From Clostridiales bacterium (GTDB taxonomy: Bacteria > Bacillota > Clostridia > Christensenellales > SZUA-584), in assembly GCA_029265435.1 (NCBI GenBank), contig JAJUJH010000002.1, positions 5,361-69,360 on the forward strand: a DNA stretch of 64,000 nt, written 5' to 3'. The notes beneath the pieces were generated by a model. It was given only the letters and a program-made list of their open reading frames with translations. It was not told the DNA's origin and made no database searches. Shown here piece after piece: positions 36,647-45,264 of this stretch. Positions within the stretch are counted from its first letter, which is position 1. Every line of letters begins with the position of its first letter. The translations under genes were made by a program, and so were the position numbers.

Positions 36647-37471
36647 ATGAAGAAAACCCTTATTATCGTTTTGGCAGTTTTCACGCTGTGCCTTGCGTTC
36701 AGCGCCTGCGGGAAGGCTCCGGTTCAAACACAGGAAACCGCGCAAGCATCTCCGTCGGATTCTCAGAATGCCGAAACAAGCCTGCCGTCCGGCGAATCAC
36801 AGTCTCCGGCGGAAACAAGCGCCGCTCCGGTATCCGACGGTACGCCCGCTTCGTCTTACAGTGCGTTTTTGGAAGCCAAGAACGCTGTTTTCACAAGGCT
36901 TAGCGACGGGCTGATGCAGAAAGACCTGATGGCAGGCATGACGGTCGCGGGCTTTGGTCTTGCCGATCTGATGATGCTGCCGGTGAGCTTTTGCGGAATC
37001 GGCAAGGAAGCCGCCGAAGCGGGGCTTGCCATGTTCAATGCGACGGGCGTGAATTACAGCGAAAGCGGCAACACATATACGATTTCTTACACAGGTGAGG
37101 ACGGCGCCGTGAACGCTTTCACCGCCACGTACGACGCCGCTTCGGATGCGCTTTCCTGCACGGTCCAGGAAAACGGCAAGGATTCCTTCTTTGCGGAATA
37201 CCGCAGAACATCTTACGGCTATGCGAGCCAATATTACTTCCTTAATGACGACGGCACCGCATCCTTATATCAGTTTACCGTCAGCGGCGAAGACGGCGTA
37301 CTTGGTTATTCGTCGGCTCAGTCCTCAAAACCCGCCGCGCTGACGGGCAGCGAGGCTGCGGATTTCCCCGCCGCCCTCCCCGAATGGTACGGCATTAAGG
37401 GCTCCGCGATCACAGGCGTTTCCTCCGACGGCTCCAAGCTGGATTTCGAATATACGCCCTCGGCCGAATAG
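36647..37471 (+). CDS. Hypothetical lipoprotein
   Basis: MKKTLIIVLAVFTLCLAFSAC lipobox, then a low-complexity S/P/A/E linker. No family recognised. Confidence 0.65.
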   Translation: MKKTLIIVLAVFTLCLAFSACGKAPVQTQETAQASPSDSQNAETSLPSGESQSPAETSAAPVSDGTPASSYSAFLEAKNAVFTRLSDGLMQKDLMAGMTVAGFGLADLMMLPVSFCGIGKEAAEAGLAMFNATGVNYSESGNTYTISYTGEDGAVNAFTATYDAASDALSCTVQENGKDSFFAEYRRTSYGYASQYYFLNDDGTASLYQFTVSGEDGVLGYSSAQSSKPAALTGSEAADFPAALPEWYGIKGSAITGVSSDGSKLDFEYTPSAE

Positions 37472-37507
37472 CGCAAATGCCAAAGGCGCGCCGTTTGCGG
37501 CATGCCT

Positions 37508-37578
37508 CAGCTTGCTTAAAAACCTTCGGTTTTCCGCCAGTTTTCCGGTTTTGCCTGTTCTTTGCAAGCTCAAAACGG
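37508..37578 (-). repeat. Truncated, inverted copy (copy B) of the MITE-like repeat (right half only)
   Basis: The reverse complement CCGTTTTGAGCTTGCAAAGAACAGGCAAAACCGGAAAACTGGCGGAAAACCGAAGG...AAGCAAGCTG aligns with the right half of copies A and C. Confidence 0.65.
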
Positions 37579-37641
37579 AAGGAAAAAAGCATTGCGTCAG
37601 CAGTCATGATGTGCTATGCTATCTAATAGAAGATGACAAAG

Positions 37642-37678
37642 AAGTCAATGGAGCGTCTATGCTTTGATTGACTTTTTT
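37642..37678 (+). terminator. Intrinsic terminator between the lipoprotein gene and glnA
   Basis: AAGTCAAT-loop-ATTGACTT, followed by T6. A TTGCTT-17 nt-TATGAT promoter candidate for glnA follows. Confidence 0.6.
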
Positions 37679-37815
37679 GTTGCTTTTTCAAAAGAATGCC
37701 GATATGATGATTTTGGTATTTGTCCCGGTCATCCGGCGTCTATTCAACCGACATGATCGCGCCTTTACGGCTCAATGAATCGGGCGGAGTGAAAAATCAA
37801 AAGGAGTAATAAAAA

Positions 37816-39147
37816 ATGGCAAAGTATACGAATCAGGAGATCCTCAGGCTTGTTGAGGAAAACGACGTGAAATTTGTCAGGCTTCAGTTCACCGATGTTT
37901 TCGGCATACTGAAAAACGTGGCCATTACGGCGAAACAGCTTGAAAAAGCGCTGAACGAAGGCTGTATGTTCGACGGATCCTCCATCGACGGTTTTGCCCG
38001 CATCGAGGAATCCGACATGCTTTTAAAGCCCGATCCCGATACCTTTGTGATATTTCCGTGGCGGCCTCAGCAGGGCAAAGTGGCACGCCTCATCTGCGAC
38101 GTTTATACCACGGATTTAAAGCCGTATGAGGGCTGCCCCCGCAACGTCCTCAAAAAGAGCCTTGCCAAAGCGGCGGAGCTCGGATTTACAATGAACGTCG
38201 GCCCCGAATGCGAATTCTTTCTTTTCCTGACCGATAACGACGGCAACCCCACCACGGTGACGCAGGACGAAGGCGGCTATTTTGACCTTGCGCCTATCGA
38301 CAAAGGTGAAGACGCCCGCCGCGACATGTGCCTTACGCTTGAAGAAATGGGGTTTGAAATTGAAGCCTCTCACCACGAAGTGGCCGAAGGCCAGCACGAG
38401 ATCGATTTCAAATATGCCGACGCGCTGATGACGGCAGACAACATCATGACGTTCAAGATCGTCGTCAAGAGCGTCGCACAGCGCCACGGCCTTTACGCCA
38501 CGTTCATGCCCAAGCCGATATTCGGCATCAACGGCAGCGGCATGCACACCAACCAGTCCCTGTCCACAAAAGACGGCAACGCGTTTTATGACAGGAATGG
38601 CGAACTCGAGCTTTCGGCCATCGCCTACAACTACATTGCGGGCATCATCAAGCACATCAAGTCCATTACGGCTGTGACCAACCCCACGGTGAACTCATAC
38701 AAGCGCCTCGTGCCCGGCTACGAAGCGCCTTGCTATGTGGCATGGTCGGCCAAGAACAGAAGCCCGCTGATCCGAATCCCCGCATCGCGCGGCGCGGGCA
38801 CAAGAATCGAGGTGCGCTGCCCCGATCCGGCTGCGAATCCGTACCTCGCCATCGCGCTGATGCTGAACGCGGGCCTTGACGGCATTCAAAACAAACTCAC
38901 GCCGCCGCCGGCCGTGAACAAAAACATTTTTGAGATGACGGAAGCCGAAATGACCGAGCTTGGCGTATCGAGCCTGCCTGCCAACCTGTATGACGCTTTG
39001 CAGGAATTCAGGAGCAGCGCGCTCGTGAGGGAAACGCTGGGCGACCATATATTCAACGCCTATTACGAGTATAAGATAAGAGAATGGGACAGCTTCCGCA
39101 TAGCGGTTCATCCATGGGAGCTTGACCAATATCTCACCAAGTATTGA
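37816..39147 (+). CDS. glnA: Type I glutamine synthetase
   Basis: GS-I beta-grasp and catalytic motifs ([44 protein letters not shown]). AAGGAG RBS. Confidence 0.93.
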   Translation: MAKYTNQEILRLVEENDVKFVRLQFTDVFGILKNVAITAKQLEKALNEGCMFDGSSIDGFARIEESDMLLKPDPDTFVIFPWRPQQGKVARLICDVYTTDLKPYEGCPRNVLKKSLAKAAELGFTMNVGPECEFFLFLTDNDGNPTTVTQDEGGYFDLAPIDKGEDARRDMCLTLEEMGFEIEASHHEVAEGQHEIDFKYADALMTADNIMTFKIVVKSVAQRHGLYATFMPKPIFGINGSGMHTNQSLSTKDGNAFYDRNGELELSAIAYNYIAGIIKHIKSITAVTNPTVNSYKRLVPGYEAPCYVAWSAKNRSPLIRIPASRGAGTRIEVRCPDPAANPYLAIALMLNAGLDGIQNKLTPPPAVNKNIFEMTEAEMTELGVSSLPANLYDALQEFRSSALVRETLGDHIFNAYYEYKIREWDSFRIAVHPWELDQYLTKY

Positions 39148-39240
39148 AATCTCACATACTGTTATTCGACGGCTTTATGCTTTTGGGCGCTGGCCCCAAA
39201 GCATAAAGCCGTTTTTATTCTGCGGGGGCGCCATAAACGT

Positions 39241-40200
39241 CTACAGGCTTTCTTCGGCTTTGTCTTTCAGCTGGCATACCGTGCTCAACGCCTGCGCGCA
39301 AAGCGTTTTCGTTTTGTCCCACGCCAGTGAAAAAAACGCCCGGTCATGGTGCGGCATGGCGCCGCCTCCGGCCGGCGTCAGATAAATCTGCAGCGCGGGA
39401 CGCAGGAACTCCTGCCTGAACCAGCACTCAAACCCCGCCGCAAACACGCCGGGATTGTCACTCACGGTATTGATTGCGTACCCCGTCGCGGCCGAAAGAC
39501 GGCTTGCCAGCGCAAACGCCTCGGGTATTTTCTTTTCGGTGAGGCTGTCCGCAAATCCGATCGTTTCACCCTTGACGTAAAACGCGAGCGCCGCCAGAAA
39601 CAGATTGCTTTTGCATACGCGCATCACGCTTTGCACCTCCGGCTCCGTGGCGGGCGACGCGCCGTTATAAAGCTCCGACGCAGGCTCCTGCACCACGATA
39701 TACTTTTTATCCCAAAGCGCGGGGTATTGCCTCGCAAGGTCCACTCCGTTGATATTGGCCATCCATTCCGAATATGTGGGCCGCACAAGCGTCATTTTCT
39801 TGACTTTCTTTTTATCCATGACCGCCTTGAGGCCTCCCTGAACCAGCGTCACACCGTCGGGATTCACCATCGGCATCACATACATCGTGCAGCGCGACAG
39901 CAGTTCGGCGATCTTGTGCCGGCCGATGAGGGTTTGTTCCTCCGCGGCCTTGGCGTAAACGTTGACCGCATACATCAGATACGCGCTTGTGATATAATCG
40001 CGCGCGTGATGCGCACCGCAGAAAAACACCTTGTTTTTGCCCGTCCCCAGCCGGACCAGCGGCAGCCCGCGCCCTTCCACAGAGAATCCCGCGATTTCGT
40101 ATCTTATCAGATTCGGATAAGCGTTTTTCAGCGCCTCGATATCGCGCATCATCTGCGAATACGAATAGGCGATTGCGGGCATCACAATCAGATCTTCCAT
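39241..40200 (-). CDS. M14-family zinc carboxypeptidase (gamma-D-glutamyl-meso-DAP peptidase-like)
   Basis: FFCGAHHARDYITS (HxxE-type zinc-site variant) and PMVNPDG. Start set to ATG 40200 with a GGGAGG RBS. Confidence 0.8.
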   Translation of the reverse strand: MEDLIVMPAIAYSYSQMMRDIEALKNAYPNLIRYEIAGFSVEGRGLPLVRLGTGKNKVFFCGAHHARDYITSAYLMYAVNVYAKAAEEQTLIGRHKIAELLSRCTMYVMPMVNPDGVTLVQGGLKAVMDKKKVKKMTLVRPTYSEWMANINGVDLARQYPALWDKKYIVVQEPASELYNGASPATEPEVQSVMRVCKSNLFLAALAFYVKGETIGFADSLTEKKIPEAFALASRLSAATGYAINTVSDNPGVFAAGFECWFRQEFLRPALQIYLTPAGGGAMPHHDRAFFSLAWDKTKTLCAQALSTVCQLKDKAEESL

Positions 40201-40363
40201 AAATGCCTCCCACAAGAGATATTCATATGTATGCGGGAAAAGCCGCCATGTATGCCCGTTACGGGTCTGCGTGCGTTCTGTCGCGCAAGGATCAGCTGTC
40301 CGTTTTTTGGTACAGAACATCCGCTAATATGAACATATATTCTTGGTTTATGGGAGATTTTTT

Positions 40364-40534
40364 ATGTGGGAGAGAATCGCGGCGTCGGGCATGCTGATTG
40401 TCGGCGCGTTCGTGCTGTTTGCCGTATTCACGGCCGCGTTGTTTTTGCTGGAGCGTAAAGACGAAAAAAAGGCGGATTCAAAAGCTTCGGCGTTTCGTAC
40501 CGCGTCCGTCTCAAGCACCAAAAAAGCGGCCTAA
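40364..40534 (+). CDS. Possible small single-TM protein
   Basis: MWERIAASGMLIVGAFVLFAVFTAALFLL, then a K/S-rich tail. GGGAG RBS. Its stop lies inside the duplicated flank of repeat copy C. Weak support. Confidence 0.35.
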   Translation: MWERIAASGMLIVGAFVLFAVFTAALFLLERKDEKKADSKASAFRTASVSSTKKAA

Positions 40535-40716
40535 AAGGCCGGCTGCAGACTGTCAAATAAATCGAAAAATATCATTTGTGGGCAAGCCGGGCTTTGCCCG
40601 CGCAGCCCACACCTTGCGGTTTTGCGCCGTTTCAAGCTTGTGAGGAACAAGCAAAACCGGAAAACTGTCGGAAAGCCGAAGGTTCGACAAGCTGAAGCGG
40701 CCTAAAAGGCCGGCTG
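40524..40716 (+). mobile_element. MITE-like structured repeat, copy C. Core 40546-40694 (about 149 bp), flanked by a perfect 22-bp direct duplication AAGCGGCCTAAAAGGCCGGCTG (40524-40545 and 40695-40716).
   Basis: Direct reading of the sequence. The core aligns with copy A across its whole length. Ends are CAGACTGTC...GACAAGCTG. Confidence 0.75.
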
Positions 40717-41586
40717 GAAGAACGTCATTTGCGTGGGCTTCGCGGGGACTATTGGCATCGCGTAAGCGGGCATGCCATATTTTTTCCGCAGCCTTCCAAG
40801 TGTGGCCTGCAGCTTTTCCTTGTAAGCCCGGTAAGCGTCCCTGTCGTTATACAATGCGCAAATGCTGGCGTATTCGGAAGGAAACCCCTTTTTAACGCCG
40901 TCAAAAAACGCTTTTTTCGTGGCGCTTTTCAGGTTCAGCGCGCCCGCAAGCACATAATCGGCCCCCGACTCCTTCGCGGCGGAGAATACCGCCTCAAGGC
41001 TGTCTTCGCCGCTTGTCAGATACGGAATCACGGGCATCAGGTGAACGCCGCACTGTGCGCCCGTTTTCTTGATTTCTGGAATGGCGGCAATGCGCTCATG
41101 CGGCCGTGATGAATTCGGCTCGATGATGTCGGCCACACGCTTGTCCAGCGTCGTCACCGTCAGCGCCAGCGACGCGCCCGACGCGGCATTGACGCGGCCG
41201 ACCAGCTCCAAATCGCGAAGCACCAGCGCGGACTTGGTACAGAGAATGATGGGCACCGAATACCGCGCAAGCAGTGAAAGCACCTCCGGCATCAGCTTGC
41301 AGTCACGCTCGGCGGGCTGATAGCTGTCGGTGATGCCGCCCAAATTGACTGGCTCGCGTGAAAAACGCGGCAGCTCACGCCGAAGCACATCCGCCACATT
41401 CATCTTGGCGTATACGTCTCCAAAGAAATCCCCGCCGCCGATATATTCATGCGAATACAGCGCGTAGCAGTAAATGCATCGGTGCGCGCAGCCGCGGTAT
41501 ACATTGATGTCGTATTGATAAGGCAGCCACTTTGAATTGTGGCGGTAAAGCGCGCTGCGGCACGTTGTTTCAATCACGTGATCCAT
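40702..41586 (-). CDS. Radical SAM protein, SplB/COG1533-like (DNA photolyase-like family)
   Basis: CxxxCxxC cluster YRGCAHRCIYCYA near the N-terminus. Start set to ATG 41586. The last four codons and the stop lie in the right-hand duplication of repeat copy C. Confidence 0.75.
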   Translation of the reverse strand: MDHVIETTCRSALYRHNSKWLPYQYDINVYRGCAHRCIYCYALYSHEYIGGGDFFGDVYAKMNVADVLRRELPRFSREPVNLGGITDSYQPAERDCKLMPEVLSLLARYSVPIILCTKSALVLRDLELVGRVNAASGASLALTVTTLDKRVADIIEPNSSRPHERIAAIPEIKKTGAQCGVHLMPVIPYLTSGEDSLEAVFSAAKESGADYVLAGALNLKSATKKAFFDGVKKGFPSEYASICALYNDRDAYRAYKEKLQATLGRLRKKYGMPAYAMPIVPAKPTQMTFFQPAF

Positions 41587-41752
41587 ATGTTCAGAATGCG
41601 CCGGACAGCTTTTCAAAGGCGAAAAGCCCCGGCCTAACCCGTTTGTTTCTAAAACGCTCCGCGACGGCGCGTTCCATGCTGTGCACACACTGATACAACG
41701 AGCGGATATGGCCTTTCATCCGACGTCCTCCGTGAAACCGGAATTTGATTGA

Positions 41753-42112
41753 TTATACACCTTTCACGCGCGATGTGGCAACAATATCCACGCCAAGCCC
41801 CAATATGTTCCGTATCAGCACGTCTCCGATCTCGACGGGCGCTTTGGTCTCCGCCGCATTGATCGCTTTCATGCAGTCAAGCATTGCGTCTTTGGGTACG
41901 GTTCCTTTTGTTTTTACGCTCACAAGAGCACCTCCCTCCACGCGCATCGTGGTGGTCAGCGTTCGGCGCGGATCCGTCAGCTCCGTGCGCGCATAGCTTT
42001 CGCCCCGTTTGCACTTGTTGCCCGATATGCTTATGATCCGGCCGCCTTCGGTGTGCGCCTCAATGGCGCAGCCCTGCGGACACACAACGCACGTCAAACT
42101 TTTTGTCTCCAT
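41753..42112 (-). CDS. DUF1667-domain protein (small Cys-rich subunit of a GlpA-like oxidoreductase trio)
   Basis: LTCVVCPQGCAIE...SGNKCKRGESYA is typical of DUF1667. Follows two FAD oxidoreductase genes. Confidence 0.8.
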   Translation of the reverse strand: METKSLTCVVCPQGCAIEAHTEGGRIISISGNKCKRGESYARTELTDPRRTLTTTMRVEGGALVSVKTKGTVPKDAMLDCMKAINAAETKAPVEIGDVLIRNILGLGVDIVATSRVKGV

Positions 42113-42113
42113 G

Positions 42114-43349
42114 TCACGCCTCCTCCACGCTCACCACGACGCTGCCGGTTACCGCGTCGCCCGCAATGCTCAGGCTCTCCATCTCACCCGGTGTACAGAT
42201 GATTTTTCTGCTCCGCGCAATCACCTCACCGCCGCACCGCGCCACCGTGGCGCAGTTTCGAAACACGCCCGACACGCGGAAGAAAAGCGTTTTTGGCTGC
42301 CCGTCCGCGCGCAGCTTTTGCGGAATCACATATCGCACGCCTTTTCCCGCGTGTGTGTCAAAGCACCCGGCCTTTTCGCTTTTATCCTTCAGATAAAGCG
42401 CCGCCGCCCTGCCCGCGCGGCGCGCCTCTTCGGTCACGTTGTCCACAAGATCGTGCACCTGAACGGCGTTGCCGCATGCGAATACGCCTTCAACGGACGT
42501 TTGCATTTGGCTGTCTACCACAGGCCCGCCCGTAACGGCATCCATGACAACGCCCATGCCGCGTGACAGCTCGTTTTCGGGAATCAATCCCACAGAAAGC
42601 AGCAGCGTATCGCAAGGCACATATTCCTCCGTGCCTTCAACCGGTACGCCTTTCCCGTCCACAGCAGCCACGGTCACGCCTTCCACACGCTTTTTGCCAT
42701 GTATGCGGGTCACCGTGTGCGAGAGCCGAAGCGGTATGCCAAAGTCGTCAAGGCATTGCACAATATTGCGTTTCAGCCCGCTCGAGTACGGCATGATCTC
42801 AAGAACCATCTTCACATGGGCTCCCTCCAGCGTCATGCGCCGCGCCATGATGAGACCGATATCGCCCGAACCGAGTATCACCACTTCTTTTCCGGGCATA
42901 TATCCATCGATGTTCACAAACCGCTGAGCTGTGCCTGCGGTCAATACGCCCGCCGGACGGTCTCCGGCAAGCATCAGCGCGCCCGCGCTGCGCTCCCTGC
43001 ATCCCATCGCGAGCACAATCGCGCCCGCCTCAATCGTGCACAGCCCTGTCTTCGGCCCCACAACCGTGAGCCGTCGCTCGGGCGATATGCCGAGCACCAT
43101 CGTTCGCGTGAAAAAAGCCACACCGAGCTCGGCGGCCCTGTCCTCAAACCTTGCGGCATATTCGGGTCCGGTCAGTTCTTCACCGAATACGTGCAGCCCA
43201 AAGCCGCTGTGTATGCACTGGTTCAGTATGCCGCCGATATGCGCTTCCCGTTCAACGACCAGCACGTTTTCCGCACCGTTTTCCTTTGCCGCTATGGCGG
43301 CGGCAAGCCCCGCCGGCCCTCCGCCGATAACGGCGACATCCGCCTTCAT
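42114..43349 (-). CDS. FAD/NAD(P)-dependent pyridine nucleotide-disulfide-family oxidoreductase
   Basis: Two Rossmann motifs: VIGGGPAG and ILGSGDIG. Start ATG 43349 overlaps the upstream stop (ATGA). Confidence 0.8.
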   Translation of the reverse strand: MKADVAVIGGGPAGLAAAIAAKENGAENVLVVEREAHIGGILNQCIHSGFGLHVFGEELTGPEYAARFEDRAAELGVAFFTRTMVLGISPERRLTVVGPKTGLCTIEAGAIVLAMGCRERSAGALMLAGDRPAGVLTAGTAQRFVNIDGYMPGKEVVILGSGDIGLIMARRMTLEGAHVKMVLEIMPYSSGLKRNIVQCLDDFGIPLRLSHTVTRIHGKKRVEGVTVAAVDGKGVPVEGTEEYVPCDTLLLSVGLIPENELSRGMGVVMDAVTGGPVVDSQMQTSVEGVFACGNAVQVHDLVDNVTEEARRAGRAAALYLKDKSEKAGCFDTHAGKGVRYVIPQKLRADGQPKTLFFRVSGVFRNCATVARCGGEVIARSRKIICTPGEMESLSIAGDAVTGSVVVSVEEA

Positions 43350-44794
43350 AACGATTCCCCCTTTGTTCTTCCCCCGAGTATCCATGCCCCGGGGCCGCTC
43401 TTTGTGATATCCTTCATATCCCTTTCAAGCTCCCGCGCGAGTATGTCCATCACGCGCGGCATGCAGAAACCGCCGTGGCATCGCCCAAACCCCGCGCCCG
43501 TACGCAGCTTCACACCGTCCACCGAGCGCGCGCCGCATGGGCGGCGGATGCTCTGCACAATCTCCGCTTCGGTCACATGCTCACACCGGCAAACCACATT
43601 GGCATAACGGGGATCGGCGGCAATCAATTCGCGGCGCCGTTCCGGTGTGGCGTGGGCGAACACTTCAATGGGCCTGCGTATGCGCGATGCGCCATTTTTT
43701 CTCGAACCGTCAACGCCCATCGACACGAGCATTTGCGTCACATATTCCGCGATTGCGGGCGACGCGGTCAGCCCGGGCGATTCGATGCCCGCCACATTCA
43801 CCAGCCCCGGCGCGCTTTTTGACGGCTCAATAATGAAATCGTGCCTGTCGCACACGGCACGCAGCCCCGCAAATACCGTAATGGCGCTGCGCGCGTCGAT
43901 GGACGGCGCATACCGGCGCGCGCCGTTTATCACGGCCTGGAGTCCCTCGCGCGTCGTCGCGGTATCCTCCTTGTCCGTAAACTCCGCCGTCGGCCCCAAT
44001 ATCATGTTGCCGTGCGCGGTGGGAGACAGAAGCACGCCTTTCCCTTTTTCGGACGGCGCGCCGAATATGACGCTTTTGGTTCTGACGGGCTGGCTTTTGT
44101 CGAGCAGCACGTATTCGCCGCGCCGCGCGGCAATCGAAAACGACTCTCCTCCCGCCATGCGCGAAACCTCGTCGGCATACACGCCCGCCGCATTCACGAC
44201 AAAACGCGCTTTGACAATGCGTCCGCCCGCTTCGATATGCAGCACGCCGCCGTCCCTGACGATGGCCGTCACCGGGCTGTTGAAGAATACGTCGGCGCCG
44301 TTTTCCGCCGCGTTTTCGAGCGCCGCGATGGCCAGCTCAAACGGGCTGACGATCCCCGCCGTCGGCGCCCAGAGCGCGCAGCGGATATCGCCGCTTAAAA
44401 CCGGTTCCCTTTCGCGCGCCTCTTCGCCCGATATCTTCATCACAGGCACGCCGTTCCGGGCGGCACGCTCTGTCAGCGCGTCTATTTCCGCTTCCTCTTT
44501 ATCGTCGAACGCCACCACGAGCGAGCCGCAGTTTTCATACGGCACGCCAAGCTCCTTCACCGTGTCCGCCATCAGCACGTTGCCGCGCACGTTCATGCGC
44601 GCCTTGAGGCTGCCGGGCAGCGCGTCGTAGCCCGCATGCACAATACCGCTGTTGGCTCGCGTCGCGCCTGCCGCTGCGTCGTCCGCGGCTTCAAGCACGC
44701 AAACGCCTGCGTTCAGTTGAGACAGCTCCCGGGCGATCATTGCGCCCGAAATGCCCGCGCCGATTACCGCCACATCATAAACCAAATCCGTCAT
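43346..44794 (-). CDS. FAD-dependent glycerol-3-phosphate dehydrogenase/oxidase-like protein with a BFD-like [2Fe-2S] domain
   Basis: N-terminal VIGAGISGA. C-terminal CRCEHVTEAEI...RTGAGFGRCHGGFC. Confidence 0.8.
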   Translation of the reverse strand: MTDLVYDVAVIGAGISGAMIARELSQLNAGVCVLEAADDAAAGATRANSGIVHAGYDALPGSLKARMNVRGNVLMADTVKELGVPYENCGSLVVAFDDKEEAEIDALTERAARNGVPVMKISGEEAREREPVLSGDIRCALWAPTAGIVSPFELAIAALENAAENGADVFFNSPVTAIVRDGGVLHIEAGGRIVKARFVVNAAGVYADEVSRMAGGESFSIAARRGEYVLLDKSQPVRTKSVIFGAPSEKGKGVLLSPTAHGNMILGPTAEFTDKEDTATTREGLQAVINGARRYAPSIDARSAITVFAGLRAVCDRHDFIIEPSKSAPGLVNVAGIESPGLTASPAIAEYVTQMLVSMGVDGSRKNGASRIRRPIEVFAHATPERRRELIAADPRYANVVCRCEHVTEAEIVQSIRRPCGARSVDGVKLRTGAGFGRCHGGFCMPRVMDILARELERDMKDITKSGPGAWILGGRTKGESL

Positions 44795-44964
44795 CCCTTT
44801 CACTGCGAAATAAAAAAACCATACCAAAAACACATCTGGTATGGCTCGTTTCTCCTGCCTGTTCAGTAATTACATTATAACGCGTTTCAACGGATTATTC
44901 AATACCGTCTTATCCCTTTTTTTCTCCGCACCGTTAAACCCGAATGACATTCTGTATGAGATCC

Positions 44965-45252
44965 TCATATCCGTATCGTCGGGTCTTCGGGGCGCGCGCG
45001 GTACAATACGAACTTGCGGCCCGATGCGGATACGGCCTCCGCTCCCGTCGCGGCCGCGATCTCCGACGCCATCTGTGCGGCGGTTACCGGCGCATTCTGC
45101 TGAACGGTGCCTTTGATCAGCTCGCGCGCGGTCAGCGCATCGTCCACCTGCGTCAGCACGTTTTCCGTCAGGCCGGCTTTTCCCACATAGATGATGGGTT
45201 CCAAATTTGTGGCCATCGCACGCAGCGCGGCCCTTTGTTTGCTGGTCAGCAT
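44965..45252 (-). CDS. yhbY: CRM-domain RNA-binding protein YhbY
   Basis: MLTSKQRAALRAMATNLEPIIYVGKAGLTENV. Lies directly downstream of obg. Confidence 0.85.
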   Translation of the reverse strand: MLTSKQRAALRAMATNLEPIIYVGKAGLTENVLTQVDDALTARELIKGTVQQNAPVTAAQMASEIAAATGAEAVSASGRKFVLYRARPEDPTIRI

Positions 45253-45264
45253 GGGTCCTTCCTC

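Noticed and set aside
37642-37815. Terminator hairpin upstream of glnA interpreted as a nitrogen-responsive attenuator or riboswitch
   Set aside because: A good TTGCTT-17-TATGAT promoter lies downstream of the hairpin. The simpler reading is that the hairpin terminates the preceding lipoprotein gene. I found no TGTNA-N7-TNACA GlnR/TnrA box and no glutamine-riboswitch motif.
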